DNA from: Phyllobates terribilis
Lineage: Eukaryota
DNA length: 64,000 bases
NCBI RefSeq assembly: GCF_046119375.1
Contig: NW_027362765.1
Coordinates: 118,234,001-118,298,000 of the forward strand
Reading direction: 5' to 3'
The notes beneath the pieces were generated by a model. It was not told the origin of the DNA and searched no databases. It saw only the letters and a program-made list of their open reading frames with translations. Both the position numbers and the translations under genes were made by a program. Shown here piece after piece: positions 34,623 to 49,900 of the stretch (position 1 is the stretch's first letter; the number at the start of each line of letters is the position of its first letter).

Positions 34623-35345
34623 CAGGGTGGTCCAAAAGTAGGTGGACAGAAAGTGTAATAAGGTTATGAAGGGGGAGATTTATCAAACACTAACTTGCAG
34701 CCGCCTGTCTGGATCATCCTCCAATAACCCATGAATTAGACGTGGCCGATAAGCTTTCCACCCAATAGATTTCAGGATTCGCATGATAGAAGCTCGTGAA
34801 ATTCCCAATTCCAAAGAGGCTCTTCTGGTGGACTTTTTTGGACTCTGAACAAATGTTTCAGGAACAAGTTGTTTATCTTCTGTACAGTCTGTTTTGGGTC
34901 GAGCAGTTTTTGGAGCATTAAGGATTGAGCCAGTGGCATTGAATTTGTCATGAATGCGGTAAATGGTTTGTCTCTTTGGGGCTTGAGTACCAAATGTTTC
35001 AACCCAATTTGCTCTAACGGTTTCAGCATTTTGAGATTTCCAATACTCTGTTAAAATCCATTTTCTTTGATCTGTATTTAAATTATTTGCCATTATGTGT
35101 TATCTGAAAAGAAAACAAATTTGGGGGAGATCTATCTGTGAAAACTAAATCTGTGAAACTGGCTCAGTTGCCCTTAGCAACCGATCAGGTTCCACCTTTC
35201 ATTTTCCAAAGAGTCTGTGAGGAATGAAAAGTGGAATCTGATTGGTTACTAAGGGCAACTGAGCCAGTTTCACTTTACACCATGTTTGATAAATCTCCCC
35301 CTTCATAACCTTATTACACTTTCTGTCCACCTACTTTTGGACCAC

Positions 35346-35347
<2 letters not shown>
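34623..35347 (-). mobile_element. Non-autonomous Tc1/mariner derivative with ~66-bp inverted ends, a nested MITE and a truncated transposase ORF
   Basis: IR 34623-34689 vs 35283-35347. ORF 35093-34683 (136 aa) resembles HTH-type transposase N-termini (TIYRIHDKFNATGSILNAPK, SPKKSTRRASLELGISRASIMRIL). Palindromic MITE at 35123-35301. Confidence 0.85.
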
Positions 35348-35392
<45 letters not shown>

Positions 35393-38300
35393 AACATGCT
35401 AAAGTTGGACATAAAATAAGTGATCAAAACAGATTCACATTAGTAAAAAAAAAATATATATATATACACACACATTTAAATATAACACCTGGTACAAATA
35501 AATTAAAGGGGCATTTCACTTGCGGCAAACCCATATTAGTTCCTGTCGCAGCTTCATTCACAATCCAATGTTAAAGGAACAGCCCTTCAGAAGACTGGCT
35601 GAACCCAAGATGAATGTTTATGGCGCTCAGCCACCTTACTATGCACCCCTTTTTTCCCCACAGGGCTGCCCCCAATTTCTGGTCTTGCCATCTGATATGG
35701 CAGATAATAAGCCAAGGTTGTATTCCCCTTTAAGTGGAGCAATCTTCTACTCCTGTTTCTTCACTCATGTGTATTACTCTATTGTGCCTACGTGGAGCAT
35801 AGCATCCAGCGAACCGGTCTGACTGTGCCGCCGACACTACAACAGGAACCTCAAATATTTGCAATAGAAAAGGAAAAACTTCAGCTGTAAAACTTTATTT
35901 TCTTTGCATTATGTAGCTGTAGACTTCAGGAAGTGCCCCTCCATGTTCTCCTGTATGTAGAATATACCGACCTGCGTCACCCCAGGGGGGAGGAAGGGTA
36001 TATTTTATATAACAGGGCGGGCTCCGGTAGCATCGTCCTCGCACTGCGGACCAATCACTGACATTGTAGCACTTTGATATAAATAGTTTTTGGTTGATTA
36101 GCGGAAAATCATTCAAGTTGTTTTGTAATATGGGGAGGGGGGAAAAATTAATGTTCTATTTTTTGGGGTTTAAAGAGTGAAGTTTGCTAAATAAACATTT
36201 ACTAGAGGACACGATGCCTGGAGTCATTTATCTGTGTTACGATGGCTGCCAAAAAAAAAGTCAACACCGCGTCATTGAGGTATATATAGTGTGTGGAAAC
36301 AGAAGACTGGTGTGACGATCACTAGCCACTCTACAGACCACCAGGAACAACACCAAGATTATGCCACAGTGACAAGTTGTGTTTTTTTTTTTTAATTGTG
36401 TAATCCAGCATAAAACCAGGCGCATCTTGCTACACATTAGACACTTTGGCCCCGATTCATTAAGACTGGTATTTCGTACTGTAGTCTTAATGATGGACAT
36501 GCAAGAATAATATGTACATGTCACTTAATGAATTCAGCACATACCCGTGTTATGCCAGAAATGGTACTCTAGTCAAGGACAGGAGTAACATTTGTGACAT
36601 AACACAGCTACTGTCCAATAATTTGACAGGCGGATGTTTGGCAGCTCTGCCTGCAACTGGTGTGAAAACTAAACTCTCAACATTTTTGCTCAATTTGTGC
36701 AAAGATTTTGCAACTTTCAATGTTTTGCCCCACTTTTCTAGTGCAAACGCTGATAAATCGAGGCCTTTATCTTACACTGGCTTTTGACTGAACTAAAAAC
36801 CAGACAATCGCTCTTTGCTGTATCTTGCATTTACATTGGAGCTTCAAGATAATTTGGCAAACATGTAGAAACACTTGCCTGCTGTCTTCCAGAAACCATG
36901 CCTCCTGACCATGGGTCGGTGTGTGGTGCTCAGATCCACTGATGTGAATAAGGCTGAGCTGTGTGATGGCATATGGACATGTGTGATGCTTTTTTTTTTT
37001 TTTTTTTTTTTTGGAGGAAAGCTGCCATGTGGTTTTTTTTTTTATTCTGGATAACCCCTATAAAGGAGGACCTTTCAGCAAAAAAAAAAAAAAGTTGAAC
37101 TGGACACAATGTAATAGTGGCTGCAGAGGGAATAAACTTTTTTTTTTCCTCTTTAAATTACTCCTTAACCTTGGGGAGATATTAGCTATGAAAATATTTG
37201 GCACCTATTGACTTAACACCCCCTTGGACTTCGAGTTATCAAGATAGTTTTCACTGGGGGTGTGTACTTCTCCCTGTATCATGCTGACCAATCATAGGCA
37301 GCAACACAGGAGAAAAAGAACACACACCCACCATAGCTTAGAGCAGGTTTCTCCATGTGTGCTATATTATAATCCAGCTCTGATCTCCTGGTCTAACCAC
37401 CTGAATTATTATGACACCTTTCAGATAAGGTCCCTGTGGGGAATAGGGCGACACAGCTGAATTTACCTGTGCCACATTACAAACCCTTCTAGCAGCTCTG
37501 CTGTACTGCCCCTCCTCACATTATTGATAAGTCTATGGCAAAGCAATCACAATCATCTCTGCAGGGCTCAAGTTGTATTCGATCTGCAGCGCTATCAGAG
37601 CAGGGTCTCATCCCACACAGGAGCCCAAAACAGACTGCTCCTGTGTGAGACATTGACAGTTCTGATCTCTTTGCACAGCGATTACAAGTTGCTTGAACAC
37701 AGCAGAAAAGTGTTATTACATCTCACACATGAAGAAACCTGCTCTAAGCTATGGTGGGGGCGTGTTTTTTGCCTGTTGTGTGTTGATGTCCACTTATGAT
37801 TGGTCAGCATCATACAGGGAGAAGAAGTACACACCCTCAGTGAAGACTATCTGAGAACACCCACTTGAACTTAAAAAATAACTAATTAGGAGCTAAATAC
37901 TTTGATTACTAACATCTCCACAGCAGAGGTGAAATTTAAATAAATTTAAAAAAAAACAAAAAAAACTTTATTCTGCTCTGTAGTCTCTTATTACATCAGA
38001 TGTCCAGTTGAACAGGAATAATTTGGCAAAATATCCTCTTTAAAGCATCAGTAATAATCAAGATGGTTCAAGAGTAATGAATTTCCAGGATGAGGGGGGT
38101 CATCTCAGACTTGCATCACCTCCCAGGTCAGAGGAGAACACAATGGATTTCCCCTTCTCTATGGCAAGACTACAAGGGACAGCTCTACATCATTGCAGTC
38201 CTGCAGTGCCCATTGTGTGAGGTTTTCTTTCGTTAGAAGAGATCAGCCCACCAGCATGAAACACCTGAAGGGGCATTTATTTACAAAAAGGACACAAAGA

Positions 38301-39560
38301 TGGACAACAGTAAAAAATAAAGACAAATCGGCAATTTCAAGAGAATATTCATTAAAAATTGAAAAATAATTTAAAGTGAACTCATCACCCAAACAGAGAG
38401 GAGGCAGTGGCGCCACAAAGTCATCGCATCTCAGATATGTAAGTGACGTCTGCTATGAACAGATCACAGTACGACTGTACATAGGGTATATGGAATCGGG
38501 GGGAATCAACTCCAGACGATCCACCCCCTTGGAAACAGATGAGTAACACATTGTCTGAGGCGCCAAAAGATACAAGAGGAAGAGATCTGTGGGCCAGAAA
38601 TGCCACCAACTCTTTCCCTAAAGATTAATAGGGGGAGGGAGTCCATGACTATTCCAAAAGGAAAGACAATAGATTTCGGATAAGTCTCCCATTAAATACT
38701 TCACACTGTTGCAATTACAATTCATACAGATTAATAAAGCCATAATCCTTTTTTTTTTTTTTTTTTTGCAGGAAAGATGTGGAAATCCAACATGTCTACC
38801 TCCTGTGTGTCGGGGATGGTTCACTTTGAAAGAGGTATTCCTGCTTTATAAAGGGTTTGAGCAGCAATTCTAGAAGTAGTGGAGAGAGGATTCTCGTTGG
38901 CTGGCAAGGCAAGATGCCACGCACATATCCTGTTCTAATAGGACACATGCAGAAAACCTGCCGGCTGTCATACGGGTCACCATGTCCACAGTGGAAACGA
39001 GAGGCGCTGCTCAACGTCCACTGGGGAAACGAGAGGCGCAGCACAACCCCTTTAATCATTGTATAATGAAAAGTTCTGCAACTTTCTAATACACTTTGCA
39101 TTACAATTCCCTCATCATTTTCAATAGCTCCACTTGCTGTCAGGAAGTAGTTAAATTAATGGTTTACATCTGAATGTTGAAAACCTAATCTGCCTTAAAG
39201 GCTGTGTACACACACGGCTGTCACAATTTTTTTTAAACAATGGATTTTCAAAATGACAAAAGTGTTACAATTTTCCCGTTAACTCAAAAAAAAAAAAAAA
39301 AAAAAGCCACGTGTGAATGCAACAAGAAAACAAAAACATCACAAAGTGATGAAATTGCAACATATGAGCATAGTCCAATATTTCTAGCAGCTTTGAGTTA
39401 CTTACGACTGTAACCAGCCTGTAAGCCAAAAGTTCTGGTCTCCTGACACTTCTTACCTGTACTGATACACTGTAGCAAACCATCAGGGCTAGCGGCAAAT
39501 TTGTGCTCACGCCTTGATCCAACCTCGGGTCTTCTCAACCCTTTTCTACTGAGGACTCAG

Positions 39561-39838
39561 ACGGACCAAGATGGTGCCTGGGCCTCACCACACGGACCAA
39601 GATGGTGCCTGGGCCTCACCACACGGACCAAGATGGTGCCTGGGCCTCACCACACGGACCAAGATGGTGCCTGGGCCTCACCACACGGACCAAGATGGTG
39701 CCTGGGCCTCACCACACGGACCAAGATGGTGCCTGGGCCTCACCACACGGACCAAGATGGTGCCTGGGCCTCACCACACGGACCAAGATGGTGCCTGGGC
39801 CTCACCACACGGACCAAGATGGTGCCTGGGCCTCACCT
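39561..39838. repeat. 31-bp minisatellite, ~9 near-perfect copies
   Basis: Unit CACGGACCAAGATGGTGCCTGGGCCTCACCA. Confidence 0.95.
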
Positions 39839-40949
39839 TTCGGAGCACAAGGTTATGAAACTATGAATTACCACTCAATTTCCTTTTCTTTTTTGTCCTG
39901 AACACTTAAAATAGAAAGTTAATCATTTATGTTGCAAAACTAGAGATTCTTGCAGCCAGAAAAAGCATTAGGCAGCTAATCCTCTCCAACCACTAGGAGA
40001 CGCCATGCTGCTTGAGAAGCCCCTTTCTAGATACATTGTAAAACATTCAGCTGTGAGAAGTATTTGCTCCCTCATGTTTCCATCTGCCGACAGCAATCGG
40101 GGATCTTGGGAAAAGTAAGGAAATCAAGCAAAGTATATCAGGAAGACGCAGAACTTTTCATTACATGATAATGCTTTACTTAAATCACCCCCCTTTAAGT
40201 CCGTCTCATGTGCTGAATACATCCAGGCTGATTCTTTCGTAAGAAAAAAATAAAGTGAGAAAACACCCCCATTGTCCGCGGCATGAACCATGTGAGGACT
40301 TAAACTTTTCTCTGTAACGAGTTCATTCTTGAGCCTTTGACCTGATCGGTGCCATAAAGAAAATCAACACAGAATCTCCCAACCAAACCCAAAAGATATA
40401 GGATCTGGCCGACTCCTCCCCCACAGAAAGCATGCTTCATTTTGTATTCACAGGCCTTGGCAAAGGTGACTCCCCCCAGTTGGCGATCATTACTGGTTGG
40501 CATCGCTGGACGGCACCCACCAGCTCATCGTGTGACCAGGTGAACCACAGAAGCCTCGCTGTGCCAATAGGACAGTCCAGTTTTTCCAGTTCCTCACCTT
40601 CATGAGCGCCCAGCCACCAAGAAGTCAAAGTGTGCCCGTCTCCCGCACCTCGTCCCCACTGATCAATAACACGCAGGAATAATAATTTAAAAAAAGAAAG
40701 GAGCGGACAGAATGGTAAAGATGGGAATGATCCGGCTAAAAAGTAAAAACCCGCACTGGAAAAAAAGGAATACCAAAAGGGTTAAAATACAGTTTTAGGA
40801 TACGATGCCTCGGCCCATCCAGGGACACAGTACCAAACAATACATTCTGGATCATGAAGATGATGGTGGTTACTGTCATCTGATGGAGGCGTCTTGGCGG
40901 AGGAGTCCGGCTCTGCCTTGTGCAGGAAATGCTGTGGGGGAGCACGGAG

Positions 40950-43900
40950 TCAGTCTATTTTCACCGCTGCGTAGATTTTCCGAATGAACATGTAGGCGGC
41001 GTAGAAACCGATGGTCCCAGTGAGGAGCCAGAAGGAGAGGACCATGAGGGTAGTGTAACCGAAATACAGGAGAGAAGGGATGAACTCTACGATATCCAAC
41101 TGTGAGACAGATAAGGGTGAAGATCAGATTCCAGCTTAATAACAGCAAAGTGATCAATGGCAGGACACAAATTTACCTTATTCACGAAATAGAAGACGGC
41201 GTAAATCAGTACATAGAAAGCAGACCCTCCAGACACCAAAAACGTCCTCCACCACCAGCGGTAATCCTGTTGAACAGAGGCTCATATAAAATCACTGTCA
41301 TAATTATCATTGTGTACACTACTCAATGCTGAATCATTTTGTAATATCTCTTTATTGGGGTCAGCACTCAATTTTATTTGACAACACATCCTGCAGTTAA
41401 ATGATAAAATTCTCACTCCTTGCAGCCACCACTAGGGGGAGCTCATTGCATACAGATGAATACAGCGCCTCCTGAACAGAAACATGCAGGAAAATGGCTG
41501 CTTACCTCCGCACAGAGCTGAAAATAGACCATGACGATGCTGATCTGGGAGCAGGACACCACGAGGATGATGAACACCAGGAACAGGAAGCCAAACAAGT
41601 AGTAGAACTGATTCTCCCAGATGGCCTATGACAAAGATAGAGATGTAAGGAGGAGGAAGCATTTCTTCACTATGAAATAGGTACTTAATATTAGCAGAGG
41701 TGCTGTATACACAACGATAACATGTTTTATGGCCGTTTGTAAAGTAGGAACAATTTTTTTTGTTTATTTTGAATGCACTACTATAAAATGTAGTAAAAAT
41801 TACTTACAGAAATATACACACCCTTCGAGGAGGAAAAACAGTTTCGCCAAGTAAAATGGCTCAGATAACCGAAGTCATCATTTATGTAGGATCTTGAATC
41901 AGTCCCATGAGAGATTTTTATCCAGATCTCAATCACCTCATGATCATAAGTCATTAATAAGGATTGTCTTTCGTTAATGTTTCACGCATACAAAACTAAG
42001 AAAACTTACACTGAAGATGAAGAACAGCTCAATGAACATGGCTCCAAACGGTAATATTCCAGCCATCAGGATTCTGGGAAAAGACATTAATATGATGGGG
42101 TAAAGACACCAGCCAGGAACAAATTGAGCCACCAATGTAGGCCACCTGCCGCACCGACCCACCCACGGAGGGCGCCTGCCACACCGACCCACCCAGGCAG
42201 GGCACCTAAAGAACTATAAAATTTCTTGTTTTGCGTCTTCTTTTTTTTTTTTGATACATGGGGCTTCATTTTTAGGTCATTGCCATATTCTTCTTTTCTG
42301 TTATCGGTGGAAGAATAATTGATATAAGTGTCTGTTTATCAAGTTTATTTTATTTTTTTATGACCACAGGACCATTAAACATATAAAAAAAAAAAAAAAT
42401 TGTTCCCCATTCTGTAACAAAAACTTTTTATATATCAAAACTTTTTTTTGTTTATAAGGGTAGAGCTTGTAAAAGCAATTTTAATTGACACTGGCGATTT
42501 TTTTTTTTTTTTTTTTTCCACACTGTTATCCCCATAAGGTCATAAAAGACCTTTGAGGGGAATTTAAAGATTGAAATAAGCTAAAAATAAAAGTATTTCC
42601 CTCGTAACTGGGGCTGATGTATTAGCCTCAGTTACAAGGGAAATCCTGGAACTCCTATGACCCATTAGCTCCTGCTCTCCACCTATACACTGATCACATG
42701 ACCGCTGTGTATAGAGGAGGAAATGTTATGGGTGGTCCGGAAGCAGTTAAACAGAGGAAACAGCATTGTGGATCCTAAATGCCCTGATCGGTAGCTGCAA
42801 GTTATATTGCATAGAGCTGGTGTCCGATTCAGACTGTAAAGAAACACTTACCCCACAAACCTCTTCATGTACCAGCGCTGCTCTGGAATCTGCCGGGGAA
42901 TTTGGTTGGTCCGGACAGGGTTGTCGTATGGCTGCTTACGGAAACCAAAGTAATATCCAAGGTAGACGAGAGGGAGAGAGATGCCAAACCACATACAAAG
43001 CAAAGCAAGCATGGTGGGGAAGGGGACCTGCAGAACACAGACAGGGGTTATAGTACTCACAAAGGACAATTATGAGGAGCCATGACCAGGTATACAAGAC
43101 TCACCGCGCCAGAGGAATGCTTGCCCCAGATGAAGCAGTTCAGCACGAAGCAGATGCTAAACACCACTCCTGGGTACAGAGTTGCCGTCTGCAGGGAAAG
43201 AAGTACAGATCAGACTAAGCACCAAAATGCTGTATTTAGCTTGCACCAATCCTGTATCATCATCTACTCCTATACCCTCCAGAGCTGCATTCACTATTCT
43301 ACTTAAATCAGACTGCAGAACAGCAGCTTGGTCCTGTGAGATGTAACCTGTTTGGAAACTGAATGCAGCATTAAATGTGACTAGTGTATAATACCAACAG
43401 GGAGAAAAAAAATGCATAGACGAGACATACTTACACAAAAAGCTCCTTTGCGCCACCTATGGCCCTTCAGAGTACGGTATAGACGGCCAGCAAAGAATCC
43501 TCCGAAGACTCTGGAAAGATCAAAAAAATTATGTCAATGGGATTAGACATGGTAAAAGTAGATCGATCCCTAATACAAGAAAGGACAGCCATGTTGTATG
43601 CATATCAGTGGCTAAAAGTTATAGGATAGTCATACCCCATGAACATGAAAAGGAAGCAGGCGGTGGTCATCAGGGCACCCCGGCTTGACGGAGACAACAT
43701 TCCCAGCATGGCCACAACTAAAGGAGACAAAAAAGCCCACGGTGGTAGAAATGACTGTGTTCTTCAGTCTGCGTCCTCATCATAACCCCCACCATCACTA
43801 CACACTCACAGATCACAATCAGGACCATGCAGAAGAGCTGGATCCCAGATCCTAGCAAGGAACTAAGGATCATGGGATACTGGGGAGGCCTGAAGACGTC

Positions 43901-46900
43901 ACCATGCACCAGCTTCCAGCCGGACTCCTCCATCGTGTCTTCCTGTGAGAAGAAGCAAAAAGATGCGTCAGAGGACAATGAGGTCGCCAGGTTTAATTAC
44001 TGACGGTGTCAGAGAATGGAACTCACAATATCATCCTCCTTGTTGTAGTTTGCAATATCCTTCCTCAGGGTGCGGATGATGATCATGCTCAGAATACCTG
44101 GGGCCAGAAAAAGAGAAGGACTGAGTACAAAGTTCCATCCAATAGTTAACATCTTATCATAATCTACTCATAATTGTGATTTGTCGGATCACTGGTCCTA
44201 TATTCCAGTCACATCCAGAGCTGCAGTCATAATTCAGCTGACATACTACAGTTCCTGTAGCGTTCATAGGCAAGAGGAGAGATGAATCCAACAAGCTTAA
44301 AAGCTTACACAGAACTACATACGCAGCTTCAGACATGACTAGAGCAGAAGGTGAGAACCACTAAAGAATAAGAAAACTATAGTAAAAGGAGCCCACCTGA
44401 CAGGAAGAAGACGACCACCACAGAGTTGATAATGGAGAACCAGTGAATCTGCACGTCGCTCATGGTCAGGTACGTGTCCCAGCGAGAAGCCCACTTGATA
44501 TCACTCTCCTGGAAGAAGAAGATAGAAACTTCTTAATGCAACAAGTTCTTCAACATACAACCCACAAGATCAGTAAGAAAATCCTCCCACCTCCCAGTGC
44601 ACAGAGTATGTAAACCGCAGTTTACTCTCCTTGGAGGGCTCGATCTCCTGGGGTGCAGAATTGGAGCCTTCGGGGACAGTGCAGCTTCCATCCGGAGTGG
44701 CCTTCAAATCTGCAACGTACAAGGAATTAAACGGTAATATCAGGAACAAGGAGCTCTAGTATGCATGTCCCATTTATAACACCACAGTCCTATGTGGAAG
44801 GGGGATCTTGAGAATCCCTGAGGCACCAGGGACAATTTGCACCTGCACACTCTGCATCCCACACACCTACGGCACGACAGCCATCGGTCGTATTTGTTAT
44901 AGAATAGCCATCACACTATCCTTACCATCCATTTTGATGCTTTGAGGAATGACCTCGAACCTCACAACCCTAAATGTGGGCTCTTGGTTTTCTTCCACTT
45001 CTTCCCGATGGAAGTACAAATAGAACGACAGGTGATTGTGGATATAAAACTGAAAGAAGAATGGGTGATATTATAGAACAGATATGCAAATAGCTTTGAT
45101 TAAAAATCTCCTACTGTCTGATGGCCAGAGTTCCTGTGTGAACAGTGTATCTTTACAGACTACAATCTTCCTACTATTCCACTGTCCGGACATTATTAAT
45201 AAAAGGACTGCAGGATCTCACCATGCAAGGTTAAGTTGTAACCTGTAGCCATAAAACACATAGCTCGGCACAGGAGCTGTAGACCAAAAAGTTAATAAAA
45301 TATAAAGTCACCTTGCTGTTGTCGGTGAACCCTAGTCTGTAGCCATGCTCAAACTGAATATCTCGATCCTTCCTCTTATCGTCATCATCATGACCAAGAT
45401 GGACGTCCAGCCTGGTGGCCACTGGCAAATTGTCTGCTATTCTGTATCCAGGTATACAAAAATGTTATATTAATATCAAACCCTCCATACATAAAAAGGG
45501 GCAGAAGAGGGTGTTACACAGAATATCAGTTTATAACCCCTAAAATGTCTTCTCCAATACAGGCACTTCCAGATTGGCAACTGATTTATGCCATCAGATC
45601 TCCATTGAATATGTCTTAACCAACCAAGCAGCATCCAGGGGTACCTGGCAGATTTCAACTCAATCAGGATAAGTGATAATAGAGCAGCATTAAAAAGGCT
45701 ATGGACACCTTTACACCTTTTATTACTGTATTTCAAATATTAAGAAAAAAAAAACAACATTTCTCTGTTTTAGTAACATTTTTACATTGCAAGCTGCTTG
45801 ATGCTGCTCAGTCTAAAACCCAATAGTTGGCTCCCTTTACAGCTTCATCTTTTGCCCTTCCTCAACTCTAAGCTTCATTTTGATCATACTAAAATAAAAA
45901 AAAAAAATGGAGCTAAGATTTAAGTCCAGAAGAAGACAGAAGGAGCTGGATACTGAGCAGTCAGGGGACCACACTATCAGGACCGACAGTGAACAGTATT
46001 CAGCAGCTATCAATGTCCTGTACTATATGCAAGATGCAGAACCAAAATATATATTTTTTCACATAATATTGCTAAAAATATGCAATAGCTGTTCACAGGC
46101 TTTAAGCTTCATGATTTAAAAGGAGTCAGATGGATAAGAAACTTACAAGTGCACATAGTAATCCTCCTGTATCCGTTCTGCTATCAGTTTGCTGTCATCA
46201 GCTTTAAGCACCAGGGGGCTGTTGGGAGTGTTGCATAAAATCTCACATTTCTTGTTATTATTCATTAACACCTTAAAAGGAGTGTTAACGATTCGATCGC
46301 CTCGCAAGACTTCACCTGGTCAAGGAGAAAAAACAACATTGTCTCATGTAGTCTGCACAAGGAGACAGCTGGAAAGGCTGCACACTTAAATGTCACAAAC
46401 CCCGACTATAACTTTACATGGACCCTGGCTTCATCCAAATATGCAAATATTTAAAGTAGACCATATGGAGTTTATACAGTTAGGCCCAGAAATATTTGGA
46501 CAGTGAATTTGGACAGTGACAAGTTTTGACATTTTAGCGAAGATACAGTTATATAATCAATATGGGCTTGAGGTGCAGACGCTCAGATTTAATTTGAGGG
46601 TATTCACATCCTAATTGGAGCAAAGGTTTAGGAATTGCGTCTTCTTTTTAAAGCGACTAAAGGCAATTGGACAATTATCTCAAAAGCTCTTCCATGATCT
46701 GGAGTCGATTCCAGGTGTGGCATTTGCATTTGGAAGCTGTTGCTGCGAACCAACAACATGCGGTCAAAGGAGCTGTCAATGGAACAGATCGTTAGGCTGT
46801 AAAAAATGAAATCCATCAGAAAGATAGTAGAAATGTTTTAAGTGGCCAAATCAACAGTTTGGTACATTCAGAAAAAAAAAAAAAAGTTTACTAGTGAGCT

Positions 46901-49900
46901 TGGGAACTCCAAAAGGTGTTGACTTCAGCAGAAGACAACATGGCGGATGATCGCAGAATCCTTTCCAGGGGAGAAAAACCCCTTTACAACATCCACCCAA
47001 GTGAAGATCACGCTCCAGGAAGTCTGTGTTTCATCATCTTAAGTCTACCATAAGGAGAAGACTTCATGAGAGCAAATACAGAGGGTTCACCACAGGTTGC
47101 AAACAATTAATCAGCCTTAAAAATAGAAAAGGCCAGATTAGATATTTTTTTAGGCAAAATGACTAAGCCAGCCGAGTTCTGGAAAAGCATTAACTGGTCA
47201 GATGAAACCAAGATCAATCTGCATCAGAGTGATGGGAAGGGGAAAGTATAGGGGAGGCTTGGAACAGCTCATGATCCAAAGCACACCACATTCCCTGTAA
47301 AACACGGTGGAGGCAGGGTGATGGCACGGGCATACATGGCTTTCAATGGCGCTAGGTCACTAGTGTTTAATGATTATGTGACTGAAGACACAAGCAGCCG
47401 GATGATTTGTGAAGTTACAGGCTGATGCATTCTGCTCAGATTCACCAAATGCAGCAAGGTTAATGCTCCACAGGACAGATGGACTAGGACCCAAAACATA
47501 CTGCGAAAGCAGCATAGGAGTTTAAGGCAAAGAAGTAGAATATTCTGCAATGGCCGAGTCAATCAATCACCAGATCTCAACCCCATCGAGCAGCATGTCA
47601 CATGCTGAAGACAAAACTTAAGGCAGAAAGACCCACAAACAAGCAACAACTGAAGTCAGCTGCAGTAAAGACCAGCAAAGCATCACAAAGGAGGAAACCC
47701 AGAGTCTGGTGCCGTTCATGACTACTAGACTTCAGGCAGTCATTGCCTGCAAAGGATTCTCTACAAAGTATTAACAATGAACATTTTATTTATGGTAAAG
47801 TTAATTTGTCCAATTACTTTTCAGCCCCAGAATAAGTAGGCTTTGGAGAAAAATGGTTGTAATTCCTAAACTTTTCACAGGATATTTTTGTTCAACTCCT
47901 ATAATTAAGCCTGAAAGTCTACACTCCAATTGCCTCCCAGTTGCATGCAAAGCTGAAATCACAAAAGATACGGTCACTGTCCAAATATTTCAGGACCTAA
48001 CTGTAAATGGAGACAAATAGGGCTGGCTACCTAACAGGGTTGCTCCATTATCAGTCACAGTTGCAGTAAAAGGAGTCTCTCACTGTAGAGAATATCACAT
48101 AAACGTATCATGATGTAATTGGGTGACAAGCAATTTACCACCTGCCAAGAAAGGCAGATCACAGGGGTCTCAGCGGCAGAAACCTTAACATTTCAGCTCC
48201 TAAAAAAAATAAGGACTGGAGTGACGTTCCCTCATGAAGGCTTCATCATGGCGTTGCCCACATGGTCTCCTGACCGAGCTCTAGCAATAATTGAGGGACT
48301 CATAGCTGAAGAGGATAGACCGCCGTTCCAGTCTCCAGTTTCCATCTGAAGACCATGTGAGCAACACCATGAAAAGTCCTTCATGAAAGAAAATCAAACT
48401 GGTCCTACTCCCACGATTATGGTGTGGGGTAGTTTAGTGTACGGTAGCCGGGCCCCCCTATTCTTCATTCCAGGTGCAGTAACAGTTCGACATTACATTG
48501 ATTTGGTGGTGAAACTAATTGTACAGACATTTTTCAACACAACAACATAAGGCCACATGTTCCTCGTGCTACTGTGAGCAGCTTGTGTGGCCTAAACAGG
48601 CTACCATGGCCTGCAGGGTCTCCAGACTTCTCACTCATCAAAAACATCGGTCAAACTGCACATGGAGCTGCCAGCAGAGGATCTTGATGATTAGCCCAAG
48701 TGCATTCAGTGCGGCAGAACATTCCTCCAACAATCATTAATAATCTCATTGACAGCAGCCGAGGCTGTAAGTGCGGGGACTTCTGCACTGGGTGCTCATA
48801 CTCCATACATCGAGATGTTTTGACATTTTTTCCATTTTTGTCATCATTTGCAGATAAGCAACATGTCTATCCATTCTGTGATTTCCATAACGCTATTACT
48901 TTTAGCAAGATATACATGCAGAAGACCCCATGAAGTAACCACGCTTAAACAGCCAGTCATTGTACCATATAACCCACTGTCAGCCATTGTGACCCTTACC
49001 CAGATTTTCTGCTTTGTAGGTGACCGTTGTTGGTCGGCAGAATGGCAGAGAGTAATATTCATAAGGCAGCTGTGTCCGGGAGCTGGTCAGCTTCACCGCC
49101 TGTATACAGGAGAAACCACACGTATCACCCATGAGGATCCAGTGTCTTACCGTCACTCATCACCAGAAATCAACTTACCTTTATATCTACAGGGTCATTT
49201 TGTCGAAAATTCATTGGCGCCACGCCTGGAACGTAAAACGCAGAGGTTTCACGAAGGAGGGAGATGCCGAGTAGCAGCCACGCACACCTCACCTGCAAAA
49301 TACAACCATAGGGACATGAAGCATACATATAGTCCAATATATGGACTCAGGAGCCCATCAGCTGCTTACACCACAAATCCAGGACTAGTCCAGCATTGCC
49401 TTCACATCCATAGTACAATTCACTATTGACATCACAGTTCTCGAGAAGACAAGAGGGTAAAATAGAATTTGACTGAAAATTGTAATTATATAATTGTAAT
49501 GCAGTCTATAAAGATAAGTCCAGATTAAAGCAAGGTAAATGCACAAGGACAAGGATCACTGCTGGGAAGGCGGATTATAGGAGGACGAAGGTCTGATTAC
49601 ACAATGTTAGTGGCAGGACCTCAAGTGCAAGGAAAGGTAATGAAATCCTTAATATAACCACTATCCTGGAGCAGCCCACAAAAGGCGTGAGAGCTAGGAA
49701 GGGACAGAAAACTCACAAATCACTAAAGACCAATGCCCTAATCTTATCTGCATCCTAACAACATCTTAACGCAGAAGTCTAAGTGTCTCATTAAAACTAT
49801 TTGACTGAAAATGACTATAGTTCCCCGGGCTCCCAACCCTACCCTGACATTTTACAGCTATGCCGAGAATCTGCATTTATATTCCACCACTCCCCAATGT

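Noticed and set aside
39561-39838. CRISPR-like appearance of regular short repeats here and in other arrays
   Set aside because: Units are head-to-tail with no unique spacers, there are no cas genes, and the context is eukaryotic.
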